Assembly (NCBI GenBank): GCA_036172245.1
Contig: JAYWIR010000063.1
Span: 124,001 to 188,000, forward strand
Direction: 5' to 3'
DNA: 64,000 bases
From: Raillietiella orientalis
Taxonomy: Eukaryota
Program-made: the position numbers and the translations under genes
Shown here: piece after piece, positions 1-10,534 of the stretch
Position numbering within the stretch: the stretch's first letter is position 1
Layout: each line of letters opens with the position of its first letter
The notes under the pieces: generated by a model
What the model was told of the DNA's origin: nothing
The model's input: only the letters and a program-made list of their open reading frames with translations
The model's database searches: none

Positions 1-220
1 CCGAGTTTCCGCCGGGGAGAACAAGACTGGGGGGTCTTTGGGAGTTCCCTTCGGAGACAACCAGGTGGGACAGTTCCCTACCAAGGGCAGGAGAGGAATG
101 GACTCTTCCTCCTCCCATGACCTTCCTGGATTCACGGGGCGGTTCCTCCGGGATCGAAGAGTTGCTACGCACGCCCCCGAGTGGCCGTGGACGGTGCTTA
201 AAGAGCTTCGCGAGGCGCCT
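1..220 (+). mobile_element. SINE-like dispersed repeat, 3' part (copy A, cut by the window edge)
   Basis: Shares TTCCCTTCGGAGACAACCAGG with the copy at 23.8-24.1 kb, and CCTGGATTC...GAAGAG...ACGCAC...GTGGC with the copies at 38.6 and 63.1 kb. Confidence 0.6.
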
Positions 221-2136
221 GTAAGATGGTCAACGGTTCTTCAGCACTTTGGGGGGATTTGAAGGAACAAAGGTGGCGGATGGGAAGCAGGAAAGGCAGG
301 AGGACCCCGAAGGATTTCCGTCATCCCGGGACAGCAGCAGCGCCTGGATGGCGGAAGAGTCTCACCTTCCAGTCCGGGCACACGCAAAGAAGCACCGGGC
401 CTCTCCTTGGCTGCCGCACGCTTCGCTTCGCGGGAGCGACTCACGCTCGCAAGCACGCGGTCTCTCGGACCCGCCGGTGGAACACGCTCCCGTTGCCGTG
501 CCGACCGCCGACGGGGACCCCCGAAGCTAGGAAGCGCAGCAGCAGCAGAAGGATAACATCAACTCTGCCACGGGGATCGTAAGCGCCGCCGAGACGAACG
601 GTGAGGCCAGCGCTGCTAAAGTAGCTGGCGGAAGGAAGCGACGGAACTTGTCGGGCGGTCGTCTAGGCAACGCCGTTTTTCGTTTCCACGAGGCATGTGG
701 CTTTCCTCCTCCTTCCAAGGATGCCCCCATGAAAAGTGGAGACCTCGGAAGCACCTGCAAAAGAGGAAACTAAACGAGAGGGGGGGAGCAGAGGGAGATG
801 GCGGCGCCGTTCGCGTTTCGGCGCCGCGACTCAGAGACAAACCCTCTGTGCGCACCTAGGCGAGTGCCTGGCGTTGCCTTGGCTTCGCGGCTTTCCGAGA
901 CGCAGTTCCCGTCCTAGGAAGCGCGGTGGGGGGGGGGGGGGGGGGTCGTGAGGAGGGGAACGGCGGGCCCAACAGCCGGTTCCTTCTGCCCGAGAGAAAG
1001 AAAGCTCGCTGGGACGCAGCGGAAAATCGGTGGCGTCTTCCGCAATCGGACCGCCGGCCGCCGTCTCCGAGAGACGCAGATCGAATCGTCCGTTCCGAGT
1101 CTCTTCGTTGCCACGGCCACTTCCTCGCGCAGCTCCTCGGAGACGGATTCGAGGGGCGCGCGACGGGGGAAAGACGCGAAGATCCGTTGCGCCTGGCGAT
1201 GGAGAGGTTTCGAAGAAGGGGACCCTCCCGTTGACAGTCGAGCGGCCTTGGTTCCCGCATCGGGTTTCCCGGAGCAACAGCAGCACCCGTTTCTTGGAGC
1301 GGCCGTTCTTCTGGCTGGCGGTGCGGCGTTCGGCGCAGGGCTCGAGCGGCCGAAGGATCTCGAGCCGCCGGTTCCTCGTCCCCCCCGTGGCCTGGAAGGG
1401 ATGGAGGGGCGGTACTCGACGCCCCAGCACGTCTTTCTCACCCACTGCGTTGATTCCACTCCGAATGGATCCAAAAAATAGAATCGAATAGAATGGAGCA
1501 GAACGCTGCCGCCGCTTACTCCTGGCGGCGGCCTTTTTGCCTTCCAGGTAGCCGAAGAGTCGAGCGGTGCATTGGCGCGCGCACTTTCTGGCTGCTGCTG
1601 CTGATGGCACCCCTTGCGTTACTTCGCTACCGGCTGCATCCGCTCCGGGGGCTGCGAAACCGGAAGCTCGGAGGCTGTGCGTTTTTGCCTTTCCCTCCTC
1701 CTCTTCCATTCGGCCCCTCTCCTCTCCTTCCAGCTTTCCTCCCCTCCCCCCCTCTCTCTCTCTCTCCGACTCTTCGACCGGAGTTCTCGCCTCGCACGTC
1801 ACCGGCAGTCGATGAACGATCTGCGTCCCGACGGACGGTTTCCAACGCCACCGCCGATTGGCGGAACCGCGCCCTCCCGGGAAACGGGAAGGGCGACGCA
1901 CGGGGATACGACGTGTGCGTTCCCCCTTTCTCGCCCTACCTCTCCTCGCCGGGAACCTGCGGAGAAGATTCAACTTTCCAGAAGCCTTCCGGGAAGGGGC
2001 ACGCCCGCCGCCGCTCCCCCCACGCGAGCTGCGCAAAAAGGTCGCGCCTGCCGCAGCGGACGGCTCGCGAGGGTGTGGAAGCTGCGTCGTCACGCCATTG
2101 GTTGACTTTGAACTTGAGAGAGCCGGGGGACTGAGC

Positions 2137-2141
2137 AAAAA
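2137..2141 (-). terminator. RNA polymerase III terminator (T5) of tRNA-Asp
   Basis: TTTTT on the minus strand, 4 nt downstream of the tRNA 3' end. Confidence 0.75.
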
Positions 2142-2145
2142 CAGC

Positions 2146-2217
2146 CTCCCCGGCGGGGAATCGAACCCCGGTCTCCCGCGTGACAGGCGGGGATACTAAC
2201 CACTATACTACCGAGGA
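2146..2217 (-). tRNA. tRNA-Asp-GTC: tRNA-Asp (anticodon GTC)
   Basis: Reverse complement reads TCCTCGGTAGTATAGTGGTTAGTATCCCCGCCTGTCACGCGGGAGACCGGGGTTCGATTCCCCGCCGGGGAG (72 nt). Canonical eukaryotic tRNA-Asp with intact A box, B box (GGTTCGATTCC) and anticodon loop CTGTCAC. Confidence 0.97.
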
Positions 2218-5200
2218 CCTGTGATGAGGGCCTCGTTGCAGCCTGCTCTATCGTACGAATTCGAACCGAACCGCTCTTCCCGAGAGCCCCCAAGGCCGCC
2301 GCCGACTGTTAGGGTCAAGGATGCCACTAACGGTGGCTCGGTCTTAACGGGAATATCGGATTTGCAGTCGAAGGCGATTCTCTTCCTGAAGAAACAGCGC
2401 GCGGCAACGAAACGAAGTGCGAAGGCACGCGACATTTTCAGAGCTGTTGCTCTTCTCGTGGCGGAAAGCCAAAGTCCCCATCTCCCGCTCCTAAGGAACG
2501 AAGCATCTTTCAAAGGGAAGCACCGTAACCAGCGGCAACCGGCTATCTCCTGATTAAATGAAACTCTAATTGTGTGTCAAATTAAATTATATCGTCTCGG
2601 GAAGCTGATTTCGTTGCGGCCGATTCGAAAGCAGTTATTATATTCATCAATGCAATTTGAAAAAAAAAAAAATAATAAAGGATTTGCAGCTGGCATTTTC
2701 TTGCCTTCATATCGTGTTGTTTGCAGCAAGATTTTTCGTACTCCAAATTGATTGCCTCAGCTTTCTTTGAAATGAGTGGCTCGCTCTCGTGAGCAATCTG
2801 ATTTTCGAAATTTTTAAGAAGGGGGTAAAACCAACGTCAGCTCTCAAAGACAGCCCCAGGAGCTGGTCAACCATCTGATTCTTGTGTTCCTCCTCGAAGG
2901 CATTTATGGACATGAAGTTTGATAGTTTGGAATGGCCTCATATGAAATTTGCTGCAGGAAAGGCATCACACATCAGTAGATATCCGTACCACGATAATGG
3001 CGAACAAGCAAGAAAGCCAACAGGCTGGTTCAACTATTGCCTATTCTAAGAATGCTTATTAATGACTGCTGACGACCACAGCCGGGATAGCAAATCGAGA
3101 TTGTTCCCATCTGCGTTCCCCATTTTATTGCGTTCGGGCTTTAAGCCCGAACGCAATAAAATGGGTGAATGGCATACCAAGACACCTTCTTCTTCAATGG
3201 AGGCGCAGGGGAAGGAAGTCATCCTAGGTCTGTTCTTACGGATCTCCTTTTCGATTCCACGGCCCCATGTCTCTCTAGAGACGACATGATCTCGGATCGT
3301 TCCGCTGGCGAGCCTGCGCCGATGCTGAAGAGGAGCGAAAGATCAATTCACGATTAATTCGTTTTCGCGCGTGTCGCCGCCTCCCATGTCGGCAGCGCTT
3401 CGGCGAGGCAGATCTCCCAGCAGCTTGCCAAGGGCCAAAGCTTGCACTCGTTCTCAACGAAGCACGCCATGACCCTTCATGACCGTTCATGTTCGTGGCA
3501 ACGCCTACTTGGCGTTCGCCATTCGCACATCTGACGGGGGGGGGGGGGCAGAGTTGTTCCGCTCGTCGTCGCAGCCGAGAACCGCCCTGCTCCGCGTGGT
3601 GGCACGGTCTTGACCTGCGCCCGCATGAGCTCGAGGCGACCTTGCTTTTGCTCCAAAGGGACGCGTGGTTTTGCTTAACCATCGACGAGGAGCGCGAGCT
3701 CCATTGACTCCACGTTTTCGGGGACCGGTGAGTTCATAATGCGGCTTCACTCTGCGCTGTGTGGTTGCCCTGGGATAATGCGGTGGTCAAGCCTCGCAGA
3801 AGGGCTTCTTTGGGCGCTGATGCCGAAAGCTGGATGGGCAGCAGGCTCCCGGCTCCGCTCTGACGAGCTCGTGGAGATGTGCGTTGCGATGAACCGCAGC
3901 GAAGTCAGAGATCATCGCAGCGGGAAAGAGTCTGGATGTCAGCAGGAGACGGCGGAGCCATTTCTCTAAAAGGCTGAGGTCTTTGAGGGGAATGTTATTA
4001 CCTGGTCACGAAGGGGTGTTCACCTCATGAAGATAAACCAATCGAGAACCGAGTTCTCAACCGAAGACGGAGGAAGCTGAAGGTCGGGATATCTGAAAGT
4101 CCCTAACGGAACAGGCAGAACGGCGAATAAATATGGACACACGGGAGGGATGGGGCAAGGATCTTTGGTGTCTTTGAGGGTAAGTCGTATCTGGGAAGTC
4201 GTGTCGCGTGGACTTCGACGGACGTCTCTGCCTCCCAAGACGACTTCTGGAGACGACTTCGCCCATTCGGCGTCTGCCACCAGGGCAAGCGTCTGCCGAG
4301 CACTGCTCCAAAATGCCCGGGTGGTTTGCGTCGGTCTACTTTCCTTAGAGCGGACCACCATGGACTCTTCCAGTCTGCTCCAGTGCGCGTGGAGGGTGGG
4401 AGGTGTGCTCCCCCGTCAACAGCCCCCCGGCCGCCGCGCGAGCCAACTCCCAACCGAGTCTCCTAACAAGGCTCGCCAGGCACTGTCCAGAGTGGAAAAA
4501 TTGACGTAGGCAAACCACTGTGGCCTCCGCGTAATTTGGGAAAATCCGGATGTTCCTTGCCACCAACAATGCATAAGTAGATCCTCCTCCTCTTCCTCCC
4601 TTCCTTCTCCTTCCCTCCTTCCTCCCTTCCTCCTCCATCTCCTCGCCAGGATGGGGAACTCGCCCTTCGGCGCCGGGCGGAAAGAGAGTCCGAGAAGGCG
4701 CAAACCACCTTCTCGAGAGGTCAACAAGGAGAAGCACCCGTGCGGTCAGAACGCAGTTCGTCTCCGTGACTCAGCCGCATGACGTGCCGAACGCTTCGGG
4801 CTGTCTTCCCGTCTCTCACTCATCCCTTCCTTTCTCCTCTCTTCAAGAGATGGGCGAAGATGCCGGGACTCATGCGAAGCATCGCGTGGGAAATTCCCCG
4901 CCCCTGCTTTTGGGGTGGAATCCTGGAACCCGTTCCTGGTTGCCTTAGCCTCTCGAGCGGCAGCCGTCGTCTGAGAGCGCCGCAGGCGCCTCCTGGAGTC
5001 GGATGGCGGGGCCACCCGCTGCTGCTGCGCGACAATCCCGAAGCCCTCGCGTCACGGGATGGAAAGTGAACATACCCATCCTCCCTCCTGCCTCGCGCGT
5101 CGCGATGCTCCTTCACCGTCAAAGTCCCGCCGCGTGGTTGCGTGCACGCGGAATGCGCCGAAGGAATGTCATTGCGCATCCACCCACGCCTCCCCTATTG

Positions 5201-6399
5201 CTGGAATCGCAGCCCGCCAGATGGGCTCGTCCACCCACGTTCCATGCGACGCGTCCGGCGCGAATCACCTTGATGCGTGCATCTGCTTCTTCGCAGGGAA
5301 GCCACCTGCGCGCAGCTGCCCTCTCCCGCCTGAGCTCGCTGGTGCGTTCTGCACGGTGGGCTCCGAAGCTGCTCGAGAAGCCCGGACTCCCGATGCGCCC
5401 GGAGGATGAGGGAGGGAGGAAGCGAGGAAGGAGAGGAGGAAGAGCAGGACTCTTTGTCCTTTTTCCGTCCGCATCGCGCGGATTTAGCGGAGAGCACCGG
5501 CGGAAGCTGCAGTTCCCCGGAGTTTCGCCGCTTTCCTTTCCCAGTTTCTTGGCTGTCGCAGTGCCGTCCTCTGAGAGGCGCGCCACCACCTCACGGTGGC
5601 AAAGTCTCCTTTCTCCTCCCCCTCCTCTCCTCCTCCCCTCCCCCTCGTGGGATGCACGGCTCTCAAGAGAGCAGCATGGAGGCGTGGCTGGACCCAGGGG
5701 AGCCAGCGATCCATTCGGCTCGGACCTGCGGATACGGGCAAAGCGAGTGTTGGTCATTTGGCCTCGGGGACGAGCGTTCGCATGCCCCGTGGTAGTCCGG
5801 AGTGCGACGCGCAGCTCCCACCCAACGACTGAACGCGGTCGTTGGATTTCATCTCCTGCTGTAGCGAAGGCGCCGGACGTTCGCGGCGGCGCGTTCCGTT
5901 CCGCGGCTACTCGCTGGAACCACACTGTGTCTACTCGGTGGCTTCGGTCGATCCGCGCGCTAGCCACCGACTTGCGCCCGGTCCAAGCGGGGGCCAGCGA
6001 CCTTGACTCGGGAGCAGGCGTGCATTGCGCACTCTGCCCCCGCCCTTCACTCCCGGAGCTCCCCTCGAACACCCGGCGGTGCTCCCGGCGCCGCCGCGCA
6101 GCAATGCTCTTCCGTCCAGAGCTGCGAACTCCGCACCAGGGGCAGCGTCTCCGGGCCTCTCGCTTCGGGGCCGGATGCCAGAGGTGGTTCGGGGAGAACC
6201 CTACGCGGCCAAGAAAGAGGGAGGGAGGCGGGGAGGAGGATGCGCAGGGAAGTCTCCATGCCCTGCTCCAAGCAGAGAGCGCAGCGGAATGGACTCTGAG
6301 CGCGCGCGGAACCTGGCTGACCCCCGCGGTTTCGTGGCTCTTTCGGAGTGAGCCACCTCTTCGGCCGCGCTGGATGCTCAATCATGTCCTCTTCCGCAG

Positions 6400-7403
6400 G
6401 AACCTACGCCTCTCCTCCTGGCCGTTGATTCGATGTACACTGTGGCCATCGTCCACCTATTCGTCGTGACCCTTTGGAGGAGCCTTTGGAATCTGAGCGA
6501 CCACGTGTTGAAGGAGAAGGAAGAGGACCAGGTCGCGTCGTTTGTAAAGCTGCTGGTTGGTAGCGCGCGGTCATAGCGTCCTCCCTGCCCCAACACGGCA
6601 GGTCTGCTATTGTCTGCCTTTATTGTTCCCTGCCCTCTTCATTTCTTCCTCCTCCTCCTTTCCTTCTCGCTTCCTCTCCTGTTCCTCTTTCCTCCCTTTC
6701 TCCTTCTCTCCTCCTCCCTTCCTTCCGTTTTGCTTCCCTCCTCCGGACTGAGGTGCCCTTGCTATGAATCATCGGTGCCAGTGCTCATGAGTTCTAGCTC
6801 ATCTAGGATCCCTGTTCGATCCCTGGGTTTCCCGCACACCTGCACCGCCCCGCCCCCCTCTCCCCTGTGGGAAGAGGGTGCTGGTGTGGCTCTTGGGGTC
6901 ACGAAAAGGAATTCTCTCTCTGCGGCCATAAAGTGGAAGGGCGATTCACCCGGCTCTTTTGCAGCTGATGGGCTACGGGATTTGCCTGGCGACGGTCGCT
7001 GCGACCCCCGCCGTCGGGCGACTCGCCCGGAAAGCGCAGCGCTACTCCTTTCTGTGCCTGGCGCTGGAGGACACTCTCTCCTGCGTGATGATCCCCGGCA
7101 TCATCTGCGTCTGGAGGACCTTCTGGGGCCTCTCGGACGAGTTCCTGTTTCCCGGTGAGTCCAGGGCTCCCCTTCCACTCGTCCTGCAGCCGACCTCGGT
7201 CGGCGGGAGAAACTCGGCGTTCATCCCTTCCCGCGCGCGTTCCAGGCGACTGTGCCCTCAGCTACGCCACGTCACATGCGAGCTTCCTTGCCCTGGCGGC
7301 CCTGTTCGCCTGCAAGAATACCACCTTTCAGGGGGTGTACTGGGACGGCGATCATCCCCTGGGACTGCAGACGCACCTCGCCTTCCTCTCCGCCCTGAGA
7401 CAG
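6400..7403 (+). CDS. Fuseless-family multi-pass membrane protein, C-terminal half (3 exons; 5' exons and last exon not resolved)
   Basis: Exons 6400-6543, 6965-7154 and 7246-7403 with GT-AG introns in consistent phase. They translate to EPTPLLLAVDSMYTVAIVHLFVVTLWRSLWNLSDHVL...SF/LMGYGICL...LEDTLSCVMIPGIICVWRTFWGLSDEFLFPG/DCALSYATSHASFLALAALFACKNTTFQGVYWDG. The repeated WRxxW..D helices and terminal N..xGVYxD motif match my recollection of the Drosophila Fuseless family. Confidence 0.8.
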
Positions 7404-10400
7404 GTAACGTCAGCGCGCACGTGTGAGGAGGGTCTCCCCAACCTACTCGGAGCCACGACCGGACGCTCCCAGACCCTGTCGGGGTCTGCATCTGGACCGC
7501 GTCTTCCCGCGACCTCAGGGCCGGGAGCCCCATCTCGGGGGGGGGACGCGGGCGCGCGAGCGCAAAGTGCCTTCCGCGGTGGCTCCTTCCCGTGAGGAAC
7601 GCTCAAGGGCTCGTTTCGTTGAGAGACCTCGCGCGGGTCGGGTTCTCCCCCTCCTGGGTGAGGAAACGCCGGGAGTCGCCGGTTGGCTGCGAGGGGCCTA
7701 AAGGTCCCAGCTGCCGGCAGAGAGGAATACGTGGCGGCGGGGGCGACGAGCACCCCATCTGGGCTGCCCGTCTCTCCCCGGTTTTGGTTCCGTTCTCGGA
7801 ACGTAGATGGTGTCGGAAGCAGAAGCTTTCACTTTTACCCCGAGGAGGAGGCCTGCCAGAGAAAACGGGCGGAAAACCGCGGGTGCGTCCGTCCCCGCCT
7901 CTGACTCTACACGGACCGCCGGGTTCCCTTGCCAAGGATGGGCCTCATTCTTGAGAAGGGCGCTGTCATCTCTCGTGCCAACCGTCGATCGAGTTGGAAA
8001 GCGGGAGAGGGGGAGACAAGCATCCATGGCAACGAGAGCGCTCTCGGCATGCCTCTGACGATCACGTCGTTGTTGTCGTCGCTCTCGTTTGCGTTTCTTC
8101 CCCTTCTCCGCCTCCCCCTTCCTCCTCCTGCTCCTTCCCGCTCGGCTTCGCTCCCACGGGAAGACCGTGCGTCTCCCTCCCGATGACGACATCGCGAGTC
8201 GCGATCGAAGGAGGCCTAGCCGTCGCCGACGGCAGCTCCCCGGCCAGGCCGGCCGAAGGCCATCCGCGCACCCCGCCTGTCTGCTGCCTCGCGTAGGCGC
8301 GCTGACCGACCCATCGCGCCAGCGGGAGAGAGAGGGAGTGAGCTCCCCTTCGCCTTCCGCTCCAGAGGTGGCGGCACCATGGCGCTCCCGCTCGTCCGCA
8401 AATTGACCCCGAGGAGGCGCGCCACGGGTCCCTCCGAAGCGCAACGACCGTGCCGCGTCTGGAGGGCGAGAGGCTGGCAGCATTTTTATTGCATCTAATT
8501 TACAGGAAGTGTTTTTTTTTTATTTATTTTTTTATAGGCAAAAGAAGAGCAGTTTAATTTCAGCGGAAACAGTGGTTGAATGAGTGCTTCGCTCATTACC
8601 TGCTGTTTAACGAAATATTTTAATTCGATACCTGATATTCAATACGGTCGTCATGGGGATGTTTTGGAATGTTGAGAGGGAGTGTCCCTTGATTTCGCTG
8701 CTTAGATTATTGATTCTGTGAAGTCTTAGATGTACTGGGATGCGATGATGATGCAGCTAGCATTTCCGCAGGACGCAAGAAAGGATCGGCTTGTGGCTTT
8801 CCATCCTCGCACCGCGGATAGCCTGTGACGTCACGCGGCGGCAGCGCGCCCACCGCGTGACGTTACGGCCCGGCGGTGCGCCCTTGCCGATCGCAGCGCT
8901 AGCAGTGGGGTCAAACACGTGGGACGGATGGACGCCGAATCGATCCCGTTTTTCCCCTCTCTGCCTCCCCCCCCCCCAGTCGACCACAGGGTAAAAAGCG
9001 AAAACTGAGAATTTTTCGGGAACCTCCCGAGAACTGCTTCACCGTTTCACTACAGCGTTCCGACTGGGTCAGGGCAGGAATGCTGATGCTAATGGCTCTG
9101 GGGTGCAGCCAGCTGGGGTGATGCCGCTCTTTTACGAATTCGTTGTCATTAAATTAAATTATATACCGGGCAGCTCGGGTTTCTCAGCAGCTCAACGGAT
9201 GATTTATTGGACGACCTAAACGATCATCATCATCTGCTGAAATCATCAAAAGCCGTTGGCAACCGTGAGGATGGGACCCAAAACTGGGCTCGTAACGAAA
9301 AGGGTTGCACAGGACGTTACACGTTCCCTTGGATGAGCTTCCAGACCTTGATCTAAGCGGGTCGATATCCTCAATCGAAGGGATCGACCTTTTCTGCGGC
9401 GGTTAGCGCGTCCGCTACCGAACGGCAAGCGGTAGGGAACCTTTTGGCGCCGCTTGGAGCCCAGGCGCGAGCAGCCCAGCGCGATCTTCTGCAAGATCCG
9501 AAAGGTGTACCCAAGGAGCCGAGAGCTCCGTCGTTCGGCACCTTGGCAACCTTCTGGCTTCACCCGCTGAGAATGAGGGCTGGCACCGGGTTTTGCACTC
9601 ATCCTCTCAGAGAAGTTCCCCGCCGGTTTGCTCTGGCTCCGGAGTGCCATGCAGAGGAAGGTTTGGTCTGCAGTTGAAGGTCGCCAGAAGTGCGAGCAAA
9701 GAGCTCCTCCCCGCCTGTGGCAGACTTTGTGTGTTCGCTGCTGACGTGCCAACTTGGTCAGCTAAGAGGCTTCGAAGGATGAGGCTGCAGTAATGTCCTT
9801 CCCGAGACTCTAGAGCGTTTCCCGTCCCGTTCAAAGCGGCTCCTGGAGGAATGAACCTGAGGGCTTCCAAAACTCGAGCACCTTTCCGGCGCACCGGAAG
9901 CACCCGAGCCCTCCACAGCGCTTCCTGATGATGCGCCGGATGACCTTCTTTCCTATTCTTCAACTTTGTAGAACTATTTTTCCGCATTCCCTCCGGTGTG
10001 GTCATACCCCCACCCCCGTCTTAACTGCACAAGTAGTGCAATTAAGACGACGCTAAACTGCATAAAAAATTTTCCAGCTCAAAAGAATCAAAGGAAGGAT
10101 ACAAGGGATCAGATCCAAGACACCGGATCAAAGGGAGGAGGCACCTCGTAACAGCGGCAACACCTCCCTTGGATCATCTGACCTAAAACTACTTGGTTGC
10201 CTCCTATTTACCACAGTACCCTCCTCATCCTTGGGGATTTCCCTCTCGAAATCTGTTGCATGCGCCTCGTACTTCCATCCAGGTCAGCCATCATAGAATA
10301 TGAATGACATCTATTTATAATCCACAAACATTTCCTGTATTACATCAGTCAAAGTACGTTTTCCCTAACTCTCAAGATGTCCCTATGATTAGCATATCGA

Positions 10401-10508
10401 ATATCAAGTACGAAATGAAATTATTTCACCAAGTGATCATCAATTACTAAAATATTTGTATCATGTAATGTAGTTTAACAACTGTTTTCAACGAAATCGA
10501 GTTTATTT

Positions 10509-10534
10509 ATCGCTTTGGCTAAGATCAAAGTGAG
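10509..10534 (+). pseudogene. Truncated U2 snRNA 5'-end fragment
   Basis: ATCGCT-TTGGCTAAGATCAAAGTG-AG matches the U2 5' end (ATCGCTTCTCGGCCTTtTGGCTAAGATCAAAGTGTAG) with an internal ~10 nt deletion. Flanked by GTTTATTT (10501-10508) and GTTTGTTT (10535-10542). No Sm site or 3' part. Confidence 0.55.

Noticed and set aside
831..2138. 435-aa minus-strand ORF
   Set aside because: Arg/Gly/Pro-rich with overlapping ORFs in other frames and no domain; expected in GC-rich DNA poor in stop codons.
5003..6469. 488-aa ORF and its 420-aa antisense partner
   Set aside because: Runs through low-complexity tracts and overlaps the Fuseless exon in a different frame; no recognisable motif.
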